Positions 37,574-49,600 of a stretch of 64,000 nt of DNA are shown piece after piece. This DNA is from Thalia democratica. Its lineage: Eukaryota. Every line of letters starts with the position of its first letter. Within the stretch, counting starts at the first letter, position 1. Below the pieces are notes generated by a model. It saw only the letters and a program-made list of their open reading frames with translations, made no database searches and was not told where the DNA came from. The stretch covers positions 93,124,001-93,188,000 of the forward strand of contig OZ241826.1 in NCBI GenBank assembly GCA_965202585.1, given 5' to 3'. A program made the position numbers and the translations under genes.

Positions 37574-39629
37574 TTAACAGTTCATCTTTCGTTTATCAGT
37601 ACGCACTTATTTGGTAGGGACCTGTTTTGTTTTTGTTTATTATTGTGTTTTGTTTTTAGCAATAAAAATGTAAACTGTTTGCCAATGCCTTTCTATTTCT
37701 AATTGTGCGTAGATTTATTTGTAAAACAAACATAGCTTTTAAACATGTAGATAAATATTTTGAAGGCATCATATTTTTCTACTTAAAAATAGTATACAGT
37801 TTAGTTTTAAAAAAGTTTTATTTTTATTCAAACTACAATTAACTACGTTACTAAATAACAAGTTGAAAAAATAAAATAAATTTAACAAAACTAATAAAAA
37901 ATTTTTTCATATATCAACTTATCATCGTAAGTAAATTATTAATTAAAACGATTAAGTAAAAAAAGTGATCTTACTCTGGAGTACACACTTGTTTTTTTTA
38001 GAAAACGGGTTTGAAATTTAATTTCTAATTTTAGTTTAAAAAATTTTTTAATGAAAGCATAATTTTTAAACATGAAGATTTTTTTTTACTTAAAAATAGT
38101 ATACAATTTAATCTTCTCAAAATTTAATTTTTACTTCTTACTACAGTTAAGTACGTTCCTAAATAATAAGTTTTAAAAGTGAAATAAATTTTTGTACTAA
38201 ATACGTCGAGGTAACTCATTTTTTTTTTCTTACACGAACGTTTTCAAAACTGCACCTTTGTCCTGAACTATCAAATTGTACGAGCAACCATATGCTACAG
38301 CACATTTAGAGTGAACTGCAAGAAGTCTTCAAAACCTGCTGAACGATTTCAATTTGTTTGTATTGTTTCACTGCATATTAAAGCGTATATATATTTGTTA
38401 GTCTTTATTTGTTTTAAATGTTTAAACAAAATGGAAATGACACTTACTCATAAACCACGGTCTCAGAACGAGTGATTAACTAAAAATCAAGATTGCCCCA
38501 AAGCTACTGTCAATCTGGCGTCTTTGAAAACTGCCGAACCTGTGACAAAGTCGATTTCACATAAAAATAGATACGCAAGTAGCTCAGTGAGCATCAAAAG
38601 TATCTAAGTTCTTTTTTGATAAAAAACATAGAGAAATTAAAATTTATTGTACTAAGATGTTATAAATAAAAAGAGTGATTATCAATCTAAAGTTAAAAAA
38701 CAAAAATAGTTGAGATCAGCTTAAAAACAGTTTAATGCTACTGGGTAGCTGTTTATAATTGTTTCGATTAGGTGATTTATTTTGCTACGATTGTTTTTGG
38801 GCTTATATGCATACTTTAGATAGCTCTATAAAAGATTTGGCTCTAGTTTTTTGATCAAAAATAAACAGAAAAAAAAGATATACACTGTTTTTAAAAATAT
38901 TTTTAATTTATATATTTTTTAGTAATATTTTCGACTAAAACTAAAGTTTTGTTTAAAAGTTTCAACTGCTCTGTGACGTTTCGGTACCTCATTGGTAATC
39001 AATAACTGTACCAAAATGTAAATAAAATAATTAAGTTTTATAGAATTATTGATTTCACATTTTCGATATTTTAACTTCGAATGAGGTTTCACATATATAA
39101 GCTGACAATTATATGGTAAAGAAAAGTATAATTTAATTTTTCAAATAGAGTAGACAAGAGTAGATATGATTTCATATTCTTTACTTCACAAACTTCAGAT
39201 TTTACTGCCTTATATCTAATTAAACAGTTTTATTAGGAATTATGTATTTAGGAATCATCACATTTGCAGTCTTACACGAGGCTTTTTAAATCATTTATGT
39301 CAAAATCTAAAATAATATTTTAAATTGTTTTTAATTTAAGCAAAACTGTAGAGTTTTAATATACAAATAAATATTTTAATACAAAGTTGCTCAAATAAAT
39401 CAAGTTTAAGTTAAAAACAAACTTTTTGAAACAAGTTAATGACTTGTTTAAGCCTGTGAAAATATTAGTTCAAGTATGCTAGTTTATTAGTCTAATTTTT
39501 TAAATAAAATTTTTATTTTGAAACAAAATTAGTGGCATCATTTAAACAAATTTGTCACCCTAACTTAAAATAGAACATTCAAATAATAGTTAGTTTGTGC
39601 TTAATACAGTTTGCTGAACATCTAAAGTG

Positions 39630-39709
39630 ACGTTCAAACTATTTAGTCCTAGAACCTGGTGCACGAAAACCCGTTCGGTTATCAAGTCGTACACCACGGA
39701 TACCTTTAA
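39630..39709 (-). repeat. Dispersed repeat family R1 copy with TTAA-AGGTATCC terminus
   Basis: Reverse strand reads TTAAAGGTATCCGTGGTGTACGACTTGATAACCGAACGGGTTTTCGTGCACCAGGTTCTAGGACTAAA. Confidence 0.7.
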
Positions 39710-40932
39710 AAGTCTTGTCAATTTTCAACTATTAAATATCCAAAATTTTAAACTCATTAATGTGCTTAAGTCTGATTTAATAATATTCAGTTTTAGTAGA
39801 TGTAAAGTTACCTTTATAAAGACGTTAATAAAAAAGTTATACTTGATAACCTACTAAAACAGTTTTTTCATACCAACAAAATAGTCTATTTATGTGAAAA
39901 TAGGTTATATTTAAGTTTATATATTACTTAATGTAGATATTTATAGTTTTTTATTATCATAACATACAGGCTTGATATTTTAAGTATTAGAAAATCGACT
40001 ATTTTAAAAACATTATACTTTTGATCTTTTAAAATATAAAATGTCCAGCATTGATCACTTTTAAATCTAAAATTTTGTATTCGGCTAACAGTTATGGAAA
40101 CTAAGCTAACGCATGAGTGGAATAACAAAATCAGGTTATTGATACAATTTACATAAATTAAAATGTTAAAAATACAAAGTTACTATTATGTTTGTATTGT
40201 TAAATTTGCTACAGCTATAAAATCATTGTTTTTACATGTAAGATTTATAAAGTTAGAGAAAATTGTGCTCTCAATTATTCGAATGAACACAAGACATTTT
40301 GTTTATTAATATATTAATACAGTACTGACAATATATAAATTAAGTTACAAAAATACATGCTTTATTTTATTGACCAAGTGAATTCATAGCTACTAGAAAT
40401 CTGTTACAAACTAAAAATAATGCACAATGGCTGGTTTTAGGATAATATGTATTATATACACTGTTGCAGCTAGTTTTTGTTTCTAAAATATCATAACCTA
40501 ACCATTCAAGATTTAGAATATAGTGTATAATACTTTTAAAAACTTTGCGTTTTTATAAATAACACTGATACTCATTTTTGTTCAAATCTCTACTATTTGA
40601 ATTATTTTTATTACATTTAAAATTATTTTATTACAAAATTAGTTGATAGTTTACGAAACAAATACATTCAAAACAAAGCATAAATAAAATATGTTTTTAG
40701 GTGTTAATCTAAGGAAACAACAGTGCAAAAGAATTTTAAACTTTCACTGTTAGCCTCTTATAACATTTTGTGCTATTTAACTTGTAAAATTGGGTGGGTG
40801 TCACTTATGCACGAGCGTCACTTTTGCTCAGTGCACTTTTGCACAAGTGTGTACCAGTTTTGATAGTTTATAATCTTTAAAAAATAATTTCAAGTAATTT
40901 TATAAAACGAAACGTATTTTGGATTATAAGTT

Positions 40933-42026
40933 ATGATCAAGTTTACATTGAAGCTTGATGTTAGCATTAGCAAAGTGGCATTAGTTTTTGTTGGTTCAGT
41001 AGCATGTCATAATATTTGTCGATGTGTCTCTAGTTTAATGTCTCTAGTTTAATTAGCTCTACTGATGATAATAACAAAAATGCTGAGGACTCGTTGCTTA
41101 CAAACAACAGTAAAAATTTTGATGAAGAAAAACCGTTCATTATTACTAGGAAGAATGAAACTTGGGCTCCAGAGATCTACAAACCTGAAACCGAAGTTTC
41201 TAGAAGAGCATTAGAAGTTGGCTCTTGTGAGGTTTTAGAAGGTTATTTTAAAAGTATTGAAATGCAGAAAGTTAAATTAGAAACGTTTAAGTCAGAGTTA
41301 GGTTGTTTTCAAAATGTTGAACAAAATTGTATGGTTTCGGAAAGTAAACAGAATATTTCTAACGAGCCTATTGTAAATAATATTGAATGTTTTAAAATAA
41401 ATGATATATCTGTACATCTTACTCAACTACATGAAATAGTTGAACATTTCTATATTTCAATACATGTTACGCACTCCAAAATAGAATTAATTACAGCATC
41501 AGAGGACGACAAAACACACAATGCAGCTACTGCTGTGTTGTTTAAAGTATTTGACGATACAACTAAATGGGTGTCCTCTGCGGATAAATATAAACTGATT
41601 ACTGATTTTTACAATAGTCTTAGAAAAATATTAGATAAGTTATTCATTTATCCTCTTCAAAGTAGCCTTTCACTAGAGCAAATTAAAAGTATTGTAGGGG
41701 GTATTCGAAGTATTTCTAAATATCTACATTGGTATTCAATATTTCTCAGCAATTTGAAGGATTTAATCAACTGTATTTCAGCTGATCTAAAGCAAACTAA
41801 GACCGAGCTTAATAAAGTTGTAGGAGAATGGAACAAGTATATTGATAAGTATAAGTTCGCTGCAGCTAAATGCTTAGAAGCTCTTAACACTGCACATAAA
41901 ATAGTTAGAATGAAGGATCTGTCTGAAAATTTCTCAACACTGTTTTCAAAAACCAAAGAAGTTATTGTTTATCTTTTAAAATATTTAGACTCAAACATCT
42001 CTGTCAACTTGAGCGGAAAAAATTGA
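40933..42026 (+). pseudogene. Frameshifted paralog of the 21154-22254 gene
   Basis: ATG at 40933 is homologous to 21154. The tandem 14-bp duplication TGTCTCTAGTTTAA (41025-41038, 41039-41052) shifts the frame into a TAA. The rest is open to 42026. Confidence 0.8.
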
Positions 42027-44147
42027 AAGAGATTGAATTTTATTGATTTATAAAATACAAAAGTACTTAAAATTAATTTAGAAACATTAATACAATGAGA
42101 TGCATTTAATTTCTATTCATAAATTAATACTTAGTTTTACCACTTACTAAGTTGTTTATTAAATTTGTGCTACGACTAGAATTATCTATTTTTCTATACT
42201 TTTAGTAAAAAGAGAGTGTTAGCAAAATGTTAATTTTTATTCCCATTTTCAAATAATATCTTCATTTAATGCAATATAATAGTAGTAATATATTATTGAT
42301 AGTAATAATTAAATATACTCAAACTTTAAGTATCAAAAAAAATAAATGCTAAAAAAAAGTATCATTACATTAGAAGTAGTCAGTCTCTTAGGTTCAAATT
42401 TTCTTGCAATTTGAAGTTGTCTTACTTTACTACCATCAACTTATCGGCTTTGACGTCATAATTGAGTAATACGAACTAGACTTTTTGATGTAGTTGTCTT
42501 ATGACTACTGACTTTTTTTTGTTATAAAACTTTATTTACTTTAGTCACATAAGTTTGATAAACATTTTTGATGCTTTATTTTATGAAAGTTTTAAGAATT
42601 TAAACAAGTGCTTTATTGTAATATTCATTACGTAACTTCTTATAAGTAAGTAGCGTTTTATATACATATATAGCGGTTTATATATATTGAAAATGTATAA
42701 TATTTGATTGTTTTTTATAGTAAAATTAGGTATGAAGTAAAAACGAGCGTTTTACTTCATAAACTATGTTATGTAACAATTTTCTTTAAGTTACAATTTA
42801 ATATACAAGTAATTTTTTTTGTTTACATTAATGTTATCAACGTATCATTACGAAACTAAAAAGTTTACAAATAAGCTTCAAAAAAAAAAAATAATTGTTT
42901 CATGTTAGGAAACATAGAAACAAACAAATAAAGAAATAAACTTTTTTTTAAATAAATCATCACTCCTTTTTGCTAAACTATTACACATAAAAATGTCTTT
43001 ACATAAATTTAAAAGTGTTTTTTCAACATAAACAAGATTTGTTTCCAAAATAGTCATTATAAATACTTATGAAAGTAACTCCCATAAAAACTTGTAAAAA
43101 TATCATTTTAAAATATTCTGCATTGATGAACTTTTTTTAACTTCGGAAACAAATCTATAAGTCGTTATTTTAAATAGTTTAAATATTTTTTCCAATAATA
43201 TAAAACAGCGTCATAACAGAAGTGCAAAACTTAACTCAACTTTTACAAGTACTACAAGTTTCGTAATCATGCATAGAAAAGCGAATAAAACAACACACTG
43301 TATGAACTTGACTTCTTGATGTAGTTGTTTAATGTCTATTGACATATTTTAGATATAAAAACTTATTTATTTTAAGTCACATGAGTTTAATAAATAGTAT
43401 TAATGCTTTATTTTTTTTAATGTTTTAAGAGCTAAACTAAGTTTTATATTGTAATATTCATTACGCAGCTTCTGTTAAGTGAGTAATTTTAAATATACAT
43501 GTTTTAAAAATATCGATAGTGTAAAGAAAGAATATCGCAGAATGAATATTTTGTTTCGAAAACTATGTTGTAGAAAAAGATTTATTTTAATATACAAGTA
43601 AAAGGTTTTTTAAACAATAATGTAACATAATATTACAAAACTAATAAGTTTACACTTAAAATGAAAAAAATAATTGTTTTATTTTATTAAATAGAGAAAT
43701 AAACAAATAGAGAAACTAGTTTACTTTCAAAAAAGCTATCACTCTTTTTCGCTAAACAATGTCACAACAAAAAGTTTTAAAATAGTTTTAAACGTTTTTT
43801 TTAACATGAACGAGATTTGTTTTCAAAACAGTAGTCAAAAATTTTTATGACAGTTGTTATTCAAGGTGATGTAAAGTGTTAAATATTTCTTTTTTTTTTT
43901 GACTCTTTTAGTCAACGTAAAATAAATTGTTTGAGAGTACTCGTAACGTGTTGTTTTTTAAAGTTGCATTAAAAATCCAACTTTTTTTCAATATTTAAAC
44001 GTTAAATTTAAGATTTTCAAGTTATTACAAGTAAATACATTTTGTATGAACTTAACTTGGATAATTTCAAAGGTTATAAATATTTTTTATCACGTAACAC
44101 TTTTTAAAAAATATATAAAGAGCTACAAATGTTGAACTAATATAAAA

Positions 44148-44493
44148 TTTAATTCAAAGTTGTCAAAGTACTCAATTTAAGTTTAGTTTATCGAACAGAA
44201 AAATAAAATGCAACAATACAACTATCACATCACAGTAGATACGACTACTGTGATGCGATAGTTGTATTGTTGCAGTCTACTGTGATGTGATAGTTGTATT
44301 GTTGAAATCTACTGTGATGTGATAGTTGTATTGTTGCAGTCTACTGTGATGTGATAGTTGTACCGTTTCGTTCTACTGTGATGGATAGTTGTGTTGTTGA
44401 GATCTACTGTGATGTGGTAGTTGTGTTGTTGCCTTCTATTTTGTCGTTTATAAACTAAACTTAATTTGACTACTGTGATTACTTTAATTTAAA
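44148..44493. repeat. Foldback/MITE-like element with a 32-bp tandem array (6 units)
   Basis: Units at 44245, 44277, 44309, 44341, 44373 and 44404. Paralog of 24472-24881. Confidence 0.85.
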
Positions 44494-46603
44494 TTTTGTA
44501 TTAGTTGAGTACTTATAAATCTTTTAAAATTGATTTTCGGTAATTTTTTATGTCATATAAAGATTTTATAACGAAAGAAATAATGCAAGTTAAGATCATA
44601 CAAAAAAAAATTATTTGTAAAAACTTGTAAATGTGTAATATAACGTTCTTATAATAAAAAATAGTTTTATTAAAATTATTAGTAATATTGACTGTTTAAA
44701 AAATATTTTTGCATCAATCGAAGAATCTGACAACTTATAAATATTTTTGCTCGTCTACTTTTTACAGATTAAATTATTCGATTAAATTTATCTTTAGTTA
44801 TTTGATTAAGCGTTGTTTTTCATAGTTAGTTTTGTTTGTTTCTAGCACATTGCTAAGTTTAATTTGTTTTTGTTTGCGACAACTAATTATCTGAGCCATA
44901 ATTTGCAATTTATAACGAAGCACTTCATCGAAAAAAATGTTCAATATATATATATATACACCTACTCCTTTATTTAGCTGTAAAGTTTTTATTAACCTCG
45001 ATTACACAATTAAAAAGTTCTTATAAAAAATATTTCTGATAAGAAAACAATATCTATTAACTTTTTTCTCGGCAACATCTATTTTATGTTAGACACTTAT
45101 TTTTAAATTGAATACAACTGTATAAAAATTTTATATTAACGTTTTAGTTTTAAGTTTTTTCGATCACTTTATGTTTTGACTGATAAGCTATAAATTTAAT
45201 TATTCAACAAAACTTAGTTTTAAAACTGCTATAAAAATCCGTTTTCTCTTGGTTTTAAACAATTTTTTTGCTTTGGTTCTTAGAAAGTAATTATTTTATT
45301 CTTATGTAGTTAAAAAAACAAACTTTTTTGATGCAAGTTATAGTTTATTGATAAAAAAAACAAAACGATGAAATCATGTTGTTAGGTATTGTAATCCAGT
45401 TGAACCTGTAAAATATAAAAAAAATTGTAAAGCTAACAAAAATATGCATTGTTACTGCTGTATAACTCAGTTTTTCAGTCTGTTCTACTTATTATTTTAT
45501 TCTTGAATATGGTCCTAAGGTAATTTTGAACAGCAATACTTAAACTTCTAATAAGAAATTTTATATTAAAAATGTTTTAGAATTTTTAATGAAAGTATTT
45601 AAATATTTTTCAATAAGTTTAACATACTAATTTATTTAATGATATATTTGGATGTATTTACATCTTAACTCTTCAATATTATTCTTATGTAAAAAACTAA
45701 TCTCCATTTTTAAATTTCTTAACTATTTACCAAAAGTTTAGTAATACAATTTGGTATCTAAACTGGTAAGTTTAAAACTTACATAAACTATACTGTCCAA
45801 ATCTAAACTATTTTACATTCATAATGAGTAAAGTAAGCAATCTTTATCAGACGATTTATAAACAAATAGCAACAATTTTGGACCTTTACTAAATTCACGT
45901 ATTCAACATTTTTAAAACACAAAGAAAAGTTTAATAAGTATTTAAGCTCGGTACCTTTTCTAAGAGTTTTTTTCAAATGTTTTAATAAGTTATTAGCAAT
46001 TATTAGCTGTAATTAAATAAACTTACGTAGTGTTTGGGACGAGCTTAAGCTTGATCTGTGCAAAAAATAAGTAATTGTAAGTTTAAGTTAGTTTATTAAT
46101 TAATTAATAAGCAATGGTCTAAAACTAAGTGATCTCAAACACTTGCTTAACTTAAAAAAAGCTTACTATATTTTTGTAAAAAATAATATTAGTTTATAAA
46201 ACTTATAAATGTTTATACTTTTATAAAATATGTCTTTTAATCGATTAATAAACAATTTGGAATACTTAAAAAAGCGTAGAACTAGTGGTATTCAATAAAA
46301 AAGTCTCAGTAAAATAGATAAAAATAAATGTGCTACATTTATTACGGCAGATCTCGGCAACCTTACATTCTTAATTATAAAGTTTTTTGTAAAAAAATGT
46401 TCGCTGGCTGTATCCAATAAAATAGTGCATATTTTTACCAAAACTACGCAATAATAGATCACTAGCAGTTACTAAATATCAAAATAAGAGCTTAACGCAG
46501 TTTTTACCACAAAATGTTTTTATTAATTTAGCAAAAACTAATACAGCTGAAAAGTACATTAAGTGCCGAAGTATTCATTTGAAAATATATCTCAAAAAAA
46601 CTA

Positions 46604-46689
46604 CTAACCGTTGCTCACGTCACCATAGTAACCATGGTGATAATACCCGTGGTGGTAACCATGGTGATATCCGTATCCATAGTAGTAAT
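46604..46689 (-). CDS. Polyprotein exon 20: (D)YYYGYGYHHGYHHGYYHHGYYG-DVSN(G*)
   Basis: Acceptor ATAATCAG. Ends at TAG 46604-46606, or at donor GTTAGT after 46609. Confidence 0.8.
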
Positions 46690-49600
46690 CTGATTATTAA
46701 TTATTATATTTTTGTGAAGTTTTGTTTAAACTCAATATTTTGTGTCGCTAATACTTTCTACTTTAAATATTGTAGTAAATATGTTTTATACAAAACAAAA
46801 ACATATTTGTTTAAATGTACTAAAATTAATATAAATTAATATTTGCTGTTACTTTACATTTAAACTTTAAATATTTGCTATTATAATAACTTCAACTTTT
46901 GAACAAAGTAATAAGTATATAAATATTTTTAAAAAGTTGTAAATTAAATGTATACATAAAGTAATAATAATAAATAAAGTCAATTTTAAAGGAAATGATC
47001 TTATAGTAATCTAAAATAAACTTATAAATATAAAAATAAACCATCATTATTGTTGTTGTCACCATAGTAATGATGATGGTAATAAGGGTGTCCGTATCCA
47101 TATCCATAATAGTAATCTGATTATTGATAAAAAAAGTAAATTAAATCTATACATAGCACCACTTGACATGGTTAATATAAAACTTAAATATTCAAAAATT
47201 AGCTTGCTAATATTTCAATAAAATTTAAGCATCACTATACAACAAATATCTAACATTATTATACAAACATTTATTATTATTATTGGCACTACCTAAACCA
47301 TAAACCAATTTAGTTATAAGTTATTATGATGTTTAATATACATTCGTATGAAACTTTCATTGTATTCTATTACAACACAATATATATAGAACGTTCTTTG
47401 CAAAAACAACAAAAAAAAAAAGTAAGCTTTCTTACTATGGCAAAATAACATTGAATTTTATTGAAGTATTTAAGTACTTAGCTAACAAAATTCAAACGTA
47501 AGTACTACAGGCAGTGATTATATAGTAATCTAAAATAAACTTCTTATTATAAAAACAAACCATCATTGTTGTTGTTGTCACCATAGTAATGATGATGGTA
47601 ATAAGGGTGTCCGTATCCGTATCCATAATAGTCTGAATTTAAAAATTAGTTAAACTTTCTTTTTTCATCTAGCTTAAATATAAAGCTTGTTTTCATAAAT
47701 TAAAATTTTTCTAAATAGCAAAATTAAATAACGTTTAGCGATTATCGAAATAGATTCATTTAGTTTACTTATAGCGTTTATAAAAGAATACTTTTATAAG
47801 TATAACTTATTTCTAAACTTCTACAAAATACAAAAAGTTTTAAGCTTAAAATCTTTTTGAAAAATAAGTTGTGGATGCTATTTTGTTAAAGCTTTCCCAA
47901 TTAAACAACGAACAAGAGTACTAAAAAATACTTTTAAAGTAGAGTTTTGTTAATCTTTTTACAAGTAAATAAAGTTAAAAAAATAGTTAAAATATTGAAA
48001 AATTAAACTACTAAAAATAATATTATTAAACAATTACAAAGTCACTGTGTAATAAACTAAAATTAATACATTTTAAAGCTGTTCATCTCAAATGAGAACA
48101 AGTTCAATAAAAATGTAATATTTAGTACTAAAATTTTTTAAATAAGTAAATATAAATATAATTATTTAATAAATAACTTAATAAAACAAAAATAAATACA
48201 ATTTTTTTGAAATTTTGATAGTTTGGAAATTTCAAAAGTTAGTTTTTAACAGTCTCCCTCAGCTAATAAGGGGTTCTAAAATGTCTTTTTAACTCACAGT
48301 CTTTTTGTTGTTCATCACCGAGTATGGCATGACCGATTCCTCTAACAGCACCAATTGCGTGATGAGCAACTCCAGCTACTCCTCTGATAGCGTGGTGAAT
48401 AAGTCCGAAGAAAACTGAAAAAAAGTAAAAGTTCTCAGTCAACACGTAACTTAAATTTTAATGAAATAAGATATTCTTTTTACTACTTTTAAAACTGGGA
48501 CACGTTAAAAATTCACCCGCGTTTAAAATCCACCCAATCAAATTTGAGAACCGCTTACCGATCGAGGGTAAGGGTTAGGGGTAACAGTAATAGCGAAAAA
48601 TATTTTAAAAAATGCAAAAGCATATAAAGTAAATTAACAAATGAAGAAAATATAAAAACATTGGGTTGATTTTAATTGGGTGGGTTTTGAACGCAGGTGG
48701 ATTTTGATAGAATACCTTTAAACTAACACAAAGTTTTCGCTTTTGTATAATATAAGGGTCTAATTTAGTTTTAAATTAAACAAATATATTTAGCTTTGTT
48801 TTAATACTAAAATAAAGAAACTATTCTATCATTAAATATATTTTAATATTACCTTTGGAACTAATTTACATAGTTAAATTTAAGATAAAACTAAAAAAAA
48901 AAGCAAATGTAGTTAGGTTGTTTATAACTCACAGTCTCTGTTGTTGTCATTTACTTTAAGTCCGTCCTTTACAAGTTGGTCCATAACTTTGTTTGCCATA
49001 TCATTAACTGTTTTAAATTTTATAATAAAAAAACTTTATTTGATTTTAAGTAGTGTAAAACAGTATGTTTGTTTCGTGTATAAGTTTGTTTATATTATAG
49101 TGTTTATAAAGCAGTTTAAAGAAAAAATCTAGTAAAAGTAAAAAATCTATGTTTTTTACTTAAATAACTTAGTCTTTATTTTGAATTTTAAGTTTAGAAC
49201 AAAAACTGCTTAATTTAGTAAAAATTATTAAACTGAACAATGTTCTTGAATTTTATAAAACTTGTCTGCAAACAGTAGCTTTTTATTTTATGATTCTTTG
49301 AAAAAAAATGTTGAGATTAAGTTAGGAAGTATCTTGTTGTGTAACTTAGTTAGACATGTTATTAACTTTGGGTTTTCAACACTAAAATAATATTTTAGTT
49401 TAACTTACTTTCTTCATCACCGAGTATGGCATGACCGAGTCCTCTAACAGCACCAATTGCGTGATGAGCGACTCCTGCTACTCCTCTGATAGCATGGTGA
49501 ATAAGTCCGAAGATGACTAAATTTAAAAATAATTTCAAATACATTTAAAAAGAGTATTCTACAAAATAGCACATGTATTTACACAATTAATAACTTTTAT

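Noticed and set aside
11195-41956. Antisense ORFs 11195-11455, 21885-22184 and 41657-41956
   Set aside because: Shadows of the PARP-like and orphan genes.
46892-47107. Minus-strand ORF MDMDTDTLITIIITM...
   Set aside because: Alternative frame of exon 19. Phase-1 splicing and third-position variation fit the YYYGYG frame.
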